From Girardia tigrina (lineage: Eukaryota): a stretch of DNA of 64,000 nt. Each line of letters opens with the position of its first letter. Position 1 is the stretch's first letter. Shown piece by piece: positions 11,580-25,553 of this stretch. The stretch spans positions 1,691 to 65,690 of the forward strand of contig MQRK01185281.1 in assembly GCA_001938485.1 (NCBI GenBank). The letters run 5' to 3'. Both the position numbers and the translations under genes were made by a program. Below the pieces are notes generated by a model. That model was not told where the DNA came from. It worked only from the letters and a program-made list of their open reading frames with translations, and made no database searches.

Positions 11580-12942
11580 AGAGTTTGGAATACTGATCAA
11601 TAACCTCGGAGACTTGGTGTGAAATAAAACCTTCACAATATTCAAACACATTTTATTTTGAACAACATTTATTACTAATATGAGAAAATTATGCATCAAG
11701 TTTATATTGTCACAGAACCAAAAGTTCATTTGCTGCTGCATTGGATTATCTTTTGCACAGATGGAATAAACATTTGGCAACCCCATGAGGTTACCAAAAA
11801 GTTTATTCCATCTGTGCAAAAGATAATCCAAGGCAGCAAAAGAACTTCTGGTTCTGTGACGATACAAACTTGACATATATTCCTTGATATCAGCTCCACA
11901 CGAAAAATGACACCCTCTTAAGTTTTTATAGGTAGAAGTAACTGGGAGCAATGTTAAGACTATAGAGTGGGTGTTCTAGGTTCAAAAAATTATATTTATC
12001 AATTATTTCTAGCGAACATTATGCGGATTGAATAGATGGATTGTCAATCAATAACCAAATTGGAGTGTGTGGTGTCATAGGTTTCTTCCTTTTGCACTCA
12101 GTAACAAGGGCACTAAAGCATTCTGCATTGATGGTACTACTTTTTAGTAAGAAATCCCAACTGACAACAGCCTTTCGTAACTAGAATACAGACAGTATGA
12201 ATTCGCTACTGTAAGACGTTTCACTTATCATCTTGAGTAAGGCCCTCTTGTCTTTGTAACGCCACTCAACAGACTCTTTCTTGGTCACAGAAAGATACAA
12301 TGAGAGTGATGTCTCGTCCTGAGTAATATTAATGTCAAGGAAAGTTGAACCATATTACTTTGAAATTTCCAGGTAGGCCAGAGCTGACCGAAGGCGCGCT
12401 TCTTTCATTTTTGAAATCAGGAATGTCAGCACAAATTTGTTTCATAAGTTTCTGTAACCAAGTTCTGTTAATATAGTATGCGCAGAACCGTAGTTAATCT
12501 TCAGTTGAATTGCTAGTTTGCTTACTTGTATTTAACGATCACATTCGACAATCTTTTCTCATTCGATATTTTTCTCATCTGAGATTTTATTTAGTCTTCC
12601 TCCTCTGCCGGCATAGTTCATTGATCTCCTACCTTGCTTGAACTCCTCCAGTCAATAAAAAGCGGTCACACCGAAGGGAAAATCTTCACCATAAACGTTT
12701 TCCATACTTCTCATGGTTTCATCTGAACTTTTTCAAAGTTTATAAAGAATTTAATTAAGCTGAGGTACTCCACATTATCTATTTTCTTCAAAATACCGCC
12801 AACTAAAATAAACTGAAATGATCCATTAAAATGAATGATTTTTTTCGTACTAGTGATAAATGCTGTTCAAAATAAAAGTTATTAGGACATTGCAAATTTT
12901 TATTTTATACCGAATCTTAGAGGTTATTGATCTAACTACGTA
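11580..12942 (-). mobile_element. Full-length decayed mariner (DD34D) element
   Basis: TIR-like pair GATCAATAACCTC..A..T.GGT.T.AAATAAAA at ~11596-11630 and ~12900-12942; ITQDETS, LLIDN, LEHPLYSLNIAPSYFYL (HPPYSPDIAPSDF), RWNK C-terminus; many stops. Confidence 0.85.
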
Positions 12943-13874
12943 TCACAGGGTTGCCCCCTTTACGGGTTAGGTTAAAACACACCCAATTTTCAATGATTAT
13001 TTTCAAGTTCATTGTTTGTATAGGTCATTATGTTTCTTTTTAAGCCAGGAAATCAAGATACATGCTCTTGACTTTCTATTTACATTTTATTAATTCACGA
13101 AACATTTTTTTGCTTCTTTGACGTTTGGTCCAAGTCTTGAATTACCTTATTTGATTAATTTTACAGTGAATAACTTTTCAGGCTCGTTCTAGAATACGTT
13201 AATGGCGGCCAGAAATCATGGATTTATATATCTTCTGGGAAAACCTAATGGCGTAGGAATTTCTGATGCTCAACAATCAATATTGTTAAATGTGCGAATT
13301 AACAAAATAGTTAAATAAGATGTTAAGAACATTGAATAAAATGTGCACTGGTATCTTTCAAGTCTTCTTCTTTTAAGTTGCAATCTTTACCAACATTATA
13401 AGAGATAGCTGTAGGTATAAATTAATATTCGTAAAAATTAAGTGTAAACTTACTCAATAAATATTTTGTGTAGCATATAGTTCAAAGGCATTCAAATAAT
13501 TAAATCTCAATGTAAATAAATGTGATTTAGTAAATGGAAATTGTCTTACTAATTATTTATTGACCTATAAATTTTAAATTGTTAAATATATTTTAGAGAC
13601 AACATTTTGCATTTTTTATTTTCCTAATGCGGGATCTACGCAAATTTCATGAACAATATGGTTCCCAGAATTTCCAATGGAGAACACGATCCTACATAAT
13701 TCATTACAGGTTGTAGAAGATTTTTTGAAATTGCCGAAATTGGAGGGGATGTCCAAAGTATTATTGTCAAAGGATTCTTGGTCAATGAACTTGTGCCAGT
13801 TTATGGGACAGTCGACATGTAGATCATCAATTTTTGGGAAATACTGAAACCGACATTTCAGAAACCGTCTTCGC

Positions 13875-13960
13875 TTATTTATTTATTTATTTATTTATTT
13901 TATTTATTTATTTTTGATTTTATTCTTTTTTATTTTATTTTGATTTATTTATTTATTTTC
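13875..13960. repeat. (TTTA/TTTTA)n microsatellite
   Basis: Direct reading. Confidence 0.9.
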
Positions 13961-15022
13961 TAAAAATTGAAAATAGGGTTGATTTATTATTGATGCACAT
14001 ATGTAAATAAACATATTATTATGCGTTATTTTCGAGAAAACCGTTACATGTTTGGTTGGCAAATTGGATAGTGGTGGTAACCTTAATTAGGGACAAGATT
14101 TTGATCAGGGTTCTTCAGAAATACTAAAGAACTCAAATGTTAAGACGAGAATGCTTAGCATGATTGTAAGTATAAAAAACAAAATAAGTAAAAGATATGA
14201 TAAATACAAAAAGATGAATGGTAAAATATGGAATGAAAATGAAAAGTATTACTGATCGATATCCCCTAAAGAACTGTCGGAAGATTGATCTAGATCCATT
14301 GGCGGAGATGCATTAAACAAAGAGAACTGTTGTTGTTCTGATAATATTGGAATGGATTGTTGTGTTGAGAAGGAAACAACGGGTCTCGCTACTGATGTCG
14401 TTGCCGTTTCACCAATTTTGACTTCATTACGGACTAAAATTGGACAATCTTCAGGTTCATTTACAGGGACTGTCTGTACCAACATCTTCTCGTCAGTTAA
14501 AATTACTTCTGATGAGCCAACTAAAATAAAAGATAATCGTTTTGTTACTTTTTGGCTTTATAAAATTTTTTAAAATTCGTTTGTTTTTGTAAAAAATCAT
14601 TTTAAACTTTTTTAAAGTTATATTAACTTTTTTAAAGTTTATACTTTATGTATTTTTATGTATTTACTTAATTTTTTTTATTTTAAATTAAACAAAATCT
14701 ATAAATTATTTGTCGAATTGAAAATTTAAACTAAGTCGACAAATGTATCATTGATAAATATTTTTACAATACCGACAGATTTACCACATCATCATCAGCA
14801 GTTATAAATTTATAAAAATTATGTAAATAAATTAATAAAAAAGAAAATATTTTAATAATAAATTTTATTAAAATAAATAACAACGAATAAAAGGATTGTA
14901 GCTAAAGATTATGGTAATTGAGTTTGTTTCACCTTACCCATTAAATTCATTTCAATTACTGAATTTCGCAGTCTTAAAATCCTTGGATTCTCATTAAAAG
15001 CAGTAGTTCTGTCAATCTATAT

Positions 15023-15322
15023 TAGAGCTGGGCGATTGTAATCCGAATCCGACCCGAACCCAACCCGGTATCACATGGTTAGGGTGGGTTGGTGATTTGT
15101 GGCTTCGGGTCGGGTTGAGTTCGGGTTACAGTTTAGAAACTCGGGTTGAGTTCGGGTTGACAAATTCCAATTTATCATAAAAGTTAATATTCCCAAAGTT
15201 TACATTCGAGTTCATTCGGGTTATTATAAAATACAGTCCGGTCGGGTCGGATTGGTTTCGGGATTGACTCATGAAAATTCGGGTCGGGGTGAGAGACTAG
15301 TAAGGATGAACGCCCGTCTCTA
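15023..15322. mobile_element. hAT-type MITE, 300 bp
   Basis: TIRs TAGAGCTGGGCG / CGCCCGTCTCTA; 8-bp TSD ATCTATAT / ATCTATTT; internal ACCCGA/TCGGGT repeats; related repeats at ~33585-33640. Confidence 0.85.
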
Positions 15323-16440
15323 ATCTATTTCAATTAAACACTTTAAATATTACCCAATTTTTAATTATGTAATCTATACTAATATTACCGTTTACTACTT
15401 TAGAAAACGTATTTAGAAACAATAATTAAAAAAAATTAAGAGAGCCAACAATATTGAATTTATGATTTTGACGGATTATTCCAGTTTACATATTCGTCAA
15501 TACAAATTTATATTTGATGCAGGGTGAGTATATGAGGGTGGGACTAACCACTTTAAAAATTATAATAAATTTTGAGAAATATTACGTTCAGTTTCTTACT
15601 CTTCAATATAATTTTGTGAGGCTGCATTAAATAACTATTTTAAACTTTCTTTTTTTCTATTGAGAAGCTTCAAACAAACAATAAATAATTTTATAATTGA
15701 AACAATAGTTAGAAATTAAGTTAGAAATTTAGATCAGTCCTTAAATATCTCTTTGCAAGACATCATCAGGCTGTCCATTACGGTGAAGCCCACGTTCTAA
15801 TAGTTCATTGGCAATGAATATTTTAATAATATATGGTTAAATTTCAGCGTTATTTTTTTGAAATTGGACAAAGAAAATAGGATGGATGGCAGCATCCCAG
15901 ATTTAGAACAGTCATATCAGCGTTATGCTTTAAAAAGACTTTTTTCCATAATAATATTAAAAAATAGTAAGGAATGATGGTAAGGGATGATCAAAGAAAA
16001 TATGGTGGCCCGTAACTCAATGTCAAATCTCGACTTGTCATAAATAAAGACCAAAATTAAAACAAAAAAATAAAAAATTCATTTTTATTTTTTATATATT
16101 CTTCATAATTACTGCTAACTTTTCTTTGAAATTTCAACTAATAATTAAATCAAAAAATCAACGAACAATAGAAAAAACAAATTAAAATTTTCAAAATTTA
16201 TTGATGGATTTTGAAACAAAAAATAATTTTTATTGATTAAAAATAAACGAGAAACTAAAAAAAATAATTTCTTTATAAAAAATTGAACATTTGAAAAAAA
16301 AGAAAAAATAAATAAAATTAAAATTAAGAAATTGTTTGGAAAAATCGATAAATTTAGGAAATTTTTTTTAATAACTTAATTTTTATTTATTCAAAAACAA
16401 TTTATTTTTCATATAAACACCATTTAAAAATATATATTTT

Positions 16441-16479
16441 GATAACATATTTCGACGGTTTAACCGTCATCATCAGATC
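16441..16479 (-). ncRNA. Minimal type-I hammerhead ribozyme motif
   Basis: GAT-CTGATGA-T-GACGG TTAAA CCGTC-GAAA-TATG-TT-ATC. Confidence 0.75.
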
Positions 16480-16700
16480 ACTGATTGTGTTCTTTTTATT
16501 GCTTTTATATGAGAAATGAATGATTATGTAATAACTTGCGTAAGTCTAATCGAAAACTCTTAACAAATTAGTTGAGAGTGCCGTTTGAACATTGATTTTC
16601 GAATCACATGATCTTATCAACAATGCTTCATATGACACTCTCTCCCAATAATTTTTAAAAAGCTTGCACAAAATCTTAAAATCATTTACGCTCATATTAT
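16441..16700 (-). mobile_element. Penelope-like element 3' fragment (GIY-YIG C-terminus plus pLTR)
   Basis: FKILCKLFKNYWERVSYEALLIRSCDSKINVQ matches the 50.9-kb copy; followed by a hammerhead motif. Confidence 0.85.
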
Positions 16701-17393
16701 GGTAGTGCGTGCTGGGCGACGCCTGAGAAGGACGTTGCACGGTTATAAGCCTTCCATAATTACTGCACGAGGACAGCTCTTAAGAAGACCAAACCCGAAT
16801 AAGAACATGACAGTAAGGGTAAATGTGGCAAGAGAGATTCTAGCCAAAAGACGCATAGTATTATATGAATACAATTCACGGAAGAATGTAACTGATGTTC
16901 GAAGAGTTCTAAACTCTGAGATGGCCTCAGAAAATCACAGAATCAGCGGCCGTTAAAAGCAACTGATGATAGAGCGCATTGCTCACGATCAAAGGAACCA
17001 TATCTGAATGACTGAAATGAGTAGTCGAGAACGAGAAAGAATATCCGAAAATGCTTCAGCCGCGCATCAAACTATTATCCTGTACATGCCCTTCTTGCTT
17101 TAAAGAATTTGCTGAGCAGAAGGAACTCACAAGATACATTAAGAATGTCCATCTGGCCACAGTGCCAACGAAATAGAGAGTTGGTGGTTCATTCATATAT
17201 CCCATGGATTACTGCCACAAAAATTATAAAACTAATGGATGACTACAACGGCATTTATTAATTGATCATCGAATTCAAGGTAATGGTATTACGAACATCC
17301 AAGTAGTACAAAGAGAAAAAACAGAAAGACGTACTGGACCTTTGAACTAGAACGCGGAATATGATATGTCAGTGTCTGTTGTTTTAATTGATT

Positions 17394-18851
17394 AGGACCG
17401 TCCAAGAGTAAATGGGTGTCCCGAAATCCCGGGATTATTGATCATAAATCCCTGGATTACTGGTTTCTTTAATATGGTTTTCACAATTTTTTTATGAAAA
17501 AATACTTTTAAAAATTACTTTCTATTTTAGTAAGATTTAAAAATAATTTTTCATCAAAAAAGGCTAAAAATATTTTTGATTCTCACTAAGCTACTAACTT
17601 ATAACCAAAAAGGCGTAGCAAATATTTTTTGGTTAAAAGCATGCAGCTTAGTAAAAATTAAAAGTAATATTTTTAGCATTTTTTATTAAAAAAATTACTT
17701 TTAAAATAATAAAGCATTTTTTTAAAATGAAAATTAAAAAAAATTTTCATAAAAAAAATCAAAAAAACATTTAGACAATCACCGCTGAAGTACAAGATTT
17801 TACTTAATTACATTCTACAAGAGAATAGCATGACCGGCAATATGTCTCTGATTCTAGACTGCAGAACACGTTAGGATAATTTAGTTAACATATTGGAGAG
17901 ACTGGTAATTGTAAAGTCACCTTTCGAAGAGCTCTGATTGATTTGAATGCGAGCATCCGTTTGACTGATGAAAATTTTGAAATCATGAAGAAAATCGTTT
18001 CTGCACTGACACAATTTAAGGCAACTGTGGTAGCTATCTTCAGAAGCAACGCTACGCTTTTGACTGCAGAAGTCAAAATAAATTTTCTTCAACAGGAGCT
18101 GCAGGCACAATCTTATTTTCTTACCGAAGAGCTTCCCGAATCTCTTCACAAGTGAATTTTAGAACAATGGTACAATGAAGCATCAGTTGTTCTGCAATAT
18201 CTGCACAACCCGTCAGCACAGTTATCGAAAAAAGAAGATGGTTAAAAGATTTTTGCATAAAACTACTGATGCGTCTTAAACCATTGAAACAAGAAGAAAA
18301 TGGTGAAGTACGAAGTTTGGAAGTGAATTCTCAAATTTCTCGGAGTTTAAAAGAACGAAATGAGTCATCACCATCGAATGACCAATTTACAACGGAATAC
18401 CTACTACAAGAAGTTATTGCGTCTGTCTTTTCAAACTCAATTACAACACCTACAACAGAGCGGGAATTCTATTCAAATTTAATTAATTATAAGATTAATA
18501 TTGCTGTCCAGTCAGGCAAACGATGACCCCATTTAGAGAGTGTATATCAATTTTTAGTGACAATTCCTCCTACATCTGTGTAATCGAAAAGTGTCTTCTT
18601 TCCGGTGGATACACTATACAATAAGTTCCGCTCCAATTTGAATGATAACACTCTTGACAAATTATCTTTTCTACGCTTAAATCTTTCGCGATTATGTGTC
18701 ACAAATAAATGTCATTTATTCGATTTATTAGTAAATTATAAATTTATTATTTTTCGCTTGAATATTTTTATATTATTTGTTCGTTTTTTATTGTAACAAT
18801 AAACTTAACACACTGTAATCTGAATCCCTGAATCTCGGGATTGGAACTCCT
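17394..18851 (+). mobile_element. Internally deleted, decayed hAT transposon
   Basis: DCRTR(W) motif, LLTAE helix region, C-terminal TIPPTSV..(E)SVF...RSNLNDNTLDKLSFLR dimerisation motif; AATCCCGGGATT-type subterminal repeats at both ends. Confidence 0.8.
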
Positions 18852-19224
18852 AACCCTGATACAGATTTGTATTCGACGACAAAACAGTTTTTGTGAATCT
18901 CGAAACAGGTATAATATTGTTAAAAAGTTAAGGTTGGTCATTATCGTCAACTTTTTAAAACAGTTTTAATGGTTTAGGGAAACCTAATTGTGGTAATATT
19001 TAACCATAGTAATTTTTGCTAAAATTGAAATAATATTTAATTAAAAAATCTGAAAAAAATATAAAAAATTCAAAAAAAAACTAAAAAAATTATAAAAATA
19101 TAAAAATGATAATATTAATCAGTATTAGATAATTAAAATTTCTAAGATTTTATTACAACTTAAAATTATTTAAGTCTTAAGTGTATAATATGATATATTA
19201 TTAAAATTATTTTGGCATTATTTA

Positions 19225-21044
19225 CCGTAAAAGTGACTAATTTGAGACACTTTTTGAAGTTATTTTAGTTTTTACAAATTCGACTTTGATTTAATTGCCT
19301 AAAACTTCTTATGAACCGCCTTTCATGTCTCTTACATCTAAACAAATATTTTCTCTTAATATCGGAGTTTATTTTACTTCTGCAGAACTTATTTTCCAAC
19401 TTGTTGAAAAATGAAAAAGCTGCTAATCTGATAAACACAAAAAATATTTATTTTTTAATTATAATGGAAATATTAATACTTGATAAAGAAGATGAGTATT
19501 TTCTTTAGCAATTTGGACAACTTTCACAGAAAAATGAGATGCTAAATTATCACCTATCAGAAGAACTGGCCCTTCAAGTTTAGCTTCTCTGACATTATGA
19601 GGGGTTAATTTTAAATTTTTATCTCGCCTGAATAGTTTATTATTTTTTTAATTTAAAGGGTAAAATATTTTTATGTTAATTTGCTTATTAAATATTTTAA
19701 AAAATTAANNNNNNNNNNNNNNNNNNNNNNNNNNNNNNNNNNNNNNNNNNNNNNNNNNNNNNNNNNNNNNNNNNNNNNNNNNNNNNNNNNNNNNNNNNNN
19801 NNNNNNNNNNNNNNNNNNNNNNNNNNNNNNNNNNNNNNNNNNNNNNNNNNNNNNNNNNNNNNNNNNNNNNNNNNNNNNNNNNNNNNNNNNNNNNNNNNNN
19901 NNNNNNNNNNNNNNNNNNNNNNNNNNNNNNNNNNNNNNNNNNNNNNNNNNNNNCGAGATAATTAAATTAAATTAATAGGAAAATTTGTTTTAGAAATGTG
20001 AATTGTTATAGTAATAAATTTTGGTGTTTAAAAAAATGAATTCTGATATAGACGTTGCAACCACTTCTCACAGACATGACGAACAAATAGCTTCTCTAAC
20101 CACTCTTCAAATATCTCCGTTTTGAACTAGCCTGACTGAATCACGTTGTACAATGTTCCAGCGAGTCCTCCAGGCGTCCACTCTGTGTATAGGTTTTGCG
20201 CTTTGTAAGCAACATACGGAGGTAGCAGGACTCCACTCGCAATTCCGCAGAACATCAAGACGTGTTAACTTTGCGTGTTCTTTGACAACATATACACTTT
20301 TTTTCCTTTTGGAACGATTACTGTTTTTGATCCCGGGTCGTCGTTAAATGCCGTCTCATCAAAATTAAGCATGTTGTTTTGCGGAATTTCTTTAATCTTT
20401 GCTTTAGGTATTTCATCAAAAACCGAATTTATTTTCTGAATATACAGACAATGGAGCAGTTTTAATATTGTCAGCTTTACGAGTGACATGATTGTTGCTC
20501 TTCCTAAAGGAAACGACAAAATCTTTCCCAGGTAAGTTATTCCTGAAGCGTGGTTCCACATGTGCTTAGCCATCCAGATATCGTTTAATTAGCGGTGAGA
20601 CGATTTCGTGATTAAATACAAAGCCCCATTCACTTACTTGCTTCACTGTATCAGCTATGGTAATTTTATCTTCATGACAAAGAACACAAGGACGACCAAC
20701 TTTACCCGACTGAAAATTTTTATTCGTCGTTGAAGGGTGCTTTTGTGCACTCTCTTCCTAAAGGAAACGACAAAATCTTTCCCTTTTGTCCACTATATGA
20801 TCCTTTGAAGCTTTTCTTATTGAAGCTCCTCTCTCAACAGCTCTCAATGCTTTCTTAATATTCTCTTTTTCAGCGCTTACCAGCCATTAAAGTCACCAAC
20901 AGTATAAATGACTGATCACAACATGATTATTGATATTATTGATATTTTATATCCATTACCTACCTATTTAAAAATGAAGCGCAGCTATGAACTGGCTGAC
21001 TGACATAGCTTTGCCGCAGTGTCTCAAATTAGCCACTTGTACGA
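19225..21044 (-). mobile_element. pogo/Tigger-like (DDE_1) transposon spanning an assembly gap
   Basis: 26-bp TIRs CCGTAAAAGTGACTAATTTGAGACAC / GTGTCTCAAATTAGCCACTTGTACGA flanked by TA; NFDETAFNDDPG, LLPPYVAYKA, FEEWL motifs. Confidence 0.85.
19709..19953. other. Assembly gap
   Basis: Run of N. Confidence 1.
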
Positions 21045-23479
21045 TACCAATCATTTATTTAAATATTTTATTTTTTAAATTAATCAATAAAATTAAAAAT
21101 TATTTATCATAAATAAATTGATAAAAGGGAATTTTCAGTTGCTGAAAAATAATAAATTTGGATTTATAAATTACTGATAATTCGGGGATAGGGTTGCGGT
21201 CAGGTCGTCTTAATTAGCAGTTTACAAAATTTTAAAATATTTTTACAATTTTCGCGATAAAATTCACAAAGTTTTTCCATCACATTTTCAGCAGAAAAAT
21301 TTCCTGTGATGTTTTTTCAGGGTCCGAGTTTGAATAGTGTCACTCGCTTAACGAAATTATTCAATGACAACTGCCACTCGACATCAGTTGCTGAGAAATT
21401 GACCAAAGAAACGATCGGTAAATTAATGGATTGACCGCTTGAAAATGCTGCGTCAGTGTCGTTGATGCTACTGTCGTTACTCGACATTTCGGAACCTGAA
21501 TTCATCTTTGGCACAACAATTTATCAAAGAAAACAATGCGCATATTTATGCAAATTCCTCCATTTAATCATGTCGCCAAAATCCATTTTTAAATTTGTCT
21601 GAATTGAATTCATAAATTGTACAATTTATTTTCAAAATTACTAAATTTCAATTTATAATTAATTTTTTATTATTTAATTAATGAATGGCGGTCAACTAAA
21701 TGTAGCATGGCTAATCAACCCTTTGGCATTGGGCCACGATTGCTCTCTCTGTCGGCACGGTTCGCTATCGCTCCTCCGACTGCCACAAGAGTCAGTCAAT
21801 CAATCAGTTAATCATTATTACACGTCAACACGGCCCTCTGTCCTACCGGCACCAGATTCTCCTCATTCTCGCCCAATTCAATCAACTTCCGCTCGATATG
21901 TCTCAACAATATCGATCGATCGACTCTGCTCAACGCAAAATCATTCATTACCCGATAATCGGCTCTACAAATAGTTACAATCGATAAACTATTTGATCAA
22001 TCAATCAATTAATTAAATCGATCGGTAAATTCGTCATTCAATAAATTCATCGAAGGTCGCGCGACATCTCATCAGTAAACAAAGTTCATTCGCGATTGAT
22101 GCGATAAAACAAACATCAAAATTATAATGGGAACCGTGCGCCATTATCAATGATTATTTGAGTCGTCATTTCGTGCGAGAATATCGCGATCGAATTATCG
22201 AAGGAATTCGTTCATCGAATTTGTCGCAATTAGCGAAAGATCGCAAAGTTAAATTCGCGAATGACGACGGAAATAATTTCGCGATTTGCAATTTGTTTTG
22301 GTACTTTTGAGAGCTTGCGTCAATCAAATAATTATTATTTATTGCTCAAATCAAGTCGCTCGTAGACGGTGCCAAGATGTAGTCTGTTGGGGGTCGCTAA
22401 TGGCATTGGGGGTCACGCGCTGCAGATGAACGATAAGATCGCAATTTGGAACCTGCATTTATTTCTTTAACAGGGTGAACACTAAACACCGCGCGACCGC
22501 TGTTTGCCTTGAGATCCATGAGAGTTCATTTAGATGTTGCGACTGGCGACCAATGAGCTCTTTGTGTCAATAAATCTAGGGGTTAAATAACGCCTACCTC
22601 AAATACTTCCTCACGAAACTCAAAAACTGCAGGCCCGTTTGTGAGAAATGTTCAACGCGTTCTGGAGGACTATTTATTCCAGCTGTCCTTCCGTGATGGT
22701 AGAGTATTTATTCGAACTCTTTCATTCCATTCTGCTCGAGTATTTATTCAAACTCCTGCGTGTAGCAGTCCAAGTCAAATAACACGACGAATAAAAGGGA
22801 AAGAGAAGATGAGTGTGTCTGTCACAATCTCTTGCTAAAAGAATGGAGATTGAGAAAGGACTCAGATTGCTACGCACAGAAATATCACCTCCACCAAAAT
22901 ACTCAATGAAGAGACGTTTTTGGTCAACGGTCTGTTTGAGGATCTAAGAGAAATATCCAACGTTCGGAAAAAAGAAAAATTTCCAAAATTGCTTTAACAT
23001 CAATCTGGAACCTTCCCGATTATCCAGGCTTTATTTAAAAATGCTTTTTTTGTGTTTGTAATATTGTAAAAGTTTTTTTAATAAAAGAATTAGTCTATAG
23101 TCGTGAGACTTTCATGTGTCCCCTGAATGAACTCGTGATATTGATGCTTGATTTTTGTAGAAATGTTAGAAACAAAAAATTGATTTTAAAAATTTTATCT
23201 TATAATAAGATATTATTATATAAATATACCTAACACGTATTTATGCAGTATAAATGTGACAAGGTTCAAAAATTATTAAAGAAGGAATACATTTGTATAA
23301 AATGTTGAAAACACGAAATATTAAAGAAATTAATGTAAAGAAATGGAATTTATAGTTATGTAGCACATTCTCGTCCCCTTCCCTCCTAATAAATAACGTA
23401 ACAAAATCATGTACCACCCCTCCATACTTTGCATTGTGTAATATGCGAACAAGCCCATCTTGAATCCGGAAGTGAGTCA

Positions 23480-25199
23480 CAAAGCAGATGTTCAGGCGAT
23501 GGGAACATTTCTAGAACTTCGAGTTCTACTGGTGGTGGCAATAGTGCTTCGTCAAGTGGAAAATCATCAGAGATAGAAAGAACAGATAGTGACTCTTCAT
23601 GAATCTATGTAGTCAGAAACACAGAAGAGGGAAAGTAGCTGGAAGAAGCTAGACGTTGGCACAAGAAATCCATTCCTGACAGATAAAATTCAAGCACATA
23701 ATATTTTCCAAGAAAACACCGGGTTGAAAGTGTCTTCAAAGCGGAAGACAAACAACTAACTCGATGCTTTCAGATTATTCATCACTCCAAAAATAACTCA
23801 GAGAGTGTACAAATGCACCAAGAATTCCGGAAATAAAAACAATGTCTGCAACTTATATCCTTAGAACAGTTTTTTCGTTTTATGGGTGTGCAGCTTGCAA
23901 GAAGGTTTGAAGGAAAGGGTCGCTCTATTCCTTTTTTGTAGTCATCTGATTTTGGAAGAAACATCTTAGCGAGAACAATGACAAGAAAGGATTTTACACA
24001 CGTCAAGCACTTTTTATGCTTTGAAGTATAGCAGATGGTAAGTATTAGAATTGAGGTTGATCCTTTCACACATATCAGTAAGGTGTTTGATGAATTGTCC
24101 AGCGAATGCTCCTCTCACTTCATTCCCTATTATTCAGTGTGCATTGATAAACAAATAATACATCTGAAGAGCAGATTCTAATTCATCACTTACATGCCAA
24201 ATAAGCCACATAAATTTGACATGACATTCTGCCTCCTGGTGGACAATTACACGAAATAAGTATTCAGCATTCTGCCCTATCTTGGAGGTATCGCGAAGGG
24301 TAGTAGAATGGCAGAAAAAAATGGCAAGGACGTTGTCTATAGTTTGATGTGCACCTTAGTAAACAAAGGATACAACATAATTTATGACCATTTCTTTACC
24401 AACATTGAATTAGCAAAGTGCCAGCAGCATAAGCGAACATCGATCGTCGGAACACTGAGACAAAATAGGTGAGGTATTCCCCCGGAAATTATTTCAAAAA
24501 AGCTTCAACGTCATGAGTCATTTTTCTATGGGAATAATTTGCATATGTTCTAGGTGAAGCATCAATGTAAACCTAATAAGAGTATCCCTGTATTATTTAT
24601 AATGCATGGCAATCCCTCAGTCGACACAACACCTAAAGGAAAACCAGACATGATTTACTATTATACCCAAAACAAATGTGGCGTTGATTGTGCTGACTTC
24701 ATGCTGTCCCTGTACTCGTCCAGATCTGCAACACGAAGATGGCCAGCGCTTGTCTGGGAGAATTTCCTTGACATTGCTGTATTAAATCTGAGGGTGTACT
24801 TCTAGGAAGCTTTTGAATCCCACATTTCCCGGAATAAATTCATGCTGAATCTTGTCCATCAACTTGTGCAATCTAATGGCACTGCAATCAAGGCTGTTGG
24901 CACAATTCATCAGTTGCCGAGTTGAGAACTAAATTTTCCTAAACGATATTCAAGAACAAGAGCAAGGTCATTTGTAAAACTTGCTCGAATGTTTTCTGTG
25001 GCAGCCATTGCCTTAATCCTGTAGGAAAACTCTATTTCTCTGTTTGTGAGAAGTATTTTTCCTCACAGATTCATATATAGTTCTATTTTGTGTTAATAAA
25101 ACTTATTATTTCAGCTCTTTTACGCATAAACCATTGTTGCCAGGTACATAGTAATGTCATATTTGAAATCAGGGTGCTAAAGTGCCAGTGAAGGGTTAA
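23480..25199 (+). mobile_element. Decayed piggyBac (PGBD4-like) element, 3' terminus retained
   Basis: YMPNKPHKF, YDHFFTNIELA, IVGTLRQNR.GIP, KPDMIYYY..NKCGVDCAD, SRSATRRWP, Cys-rich tail; ends CCAGTGAAGGG-TTAA; 5' TIR not found. Confidence 0.9.
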
Positions 25200-25419
25200 A
25201 AGCTTCTCCAAAAATCGTTGTAGTTGGTAAAAATACGGATTTCTTCAAAATTGATGAAATGGTCTTTCTATCTATAACATTTCATGGTTCTTCTAGTGTT
25301 AAAGAATACAAACACAATCTTAAAAGTATCAAAGTCATTCAGGTTTGTTGCGTTTCATTATCATTTAGCAATTTCTAATTTAAGCAGGAAAAAGGAAAAA
25401 ACAGATTGAAATCACAGTA

Positions 25420-25502
25420 GATATTATATATCTACAGATATTATATATATAGATATTATAAGTATATATAGATATATATTATATATAGATATTATATATC
25501 TA
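25420..25502. repeat. AT-rich degenerate tandem repeat (GATATTATATAT-like)
   Basis: Direct reading. Confidence 0.8.
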
Positions 25503-25553
25503 CATGCAAGTCGCTTGGTGCTGCACAAAAACTTGCATATAGGCAAATATTTA

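Noticed and set aside
11442-11951. 169-aa ORF as a novel or viral protein
   Set aside because: It is a read-through of the mariner C-terminus, its TIR and flanking DNA
19681-19965. ORF spanning N run
   Set aside because: Assembly-gap artefact
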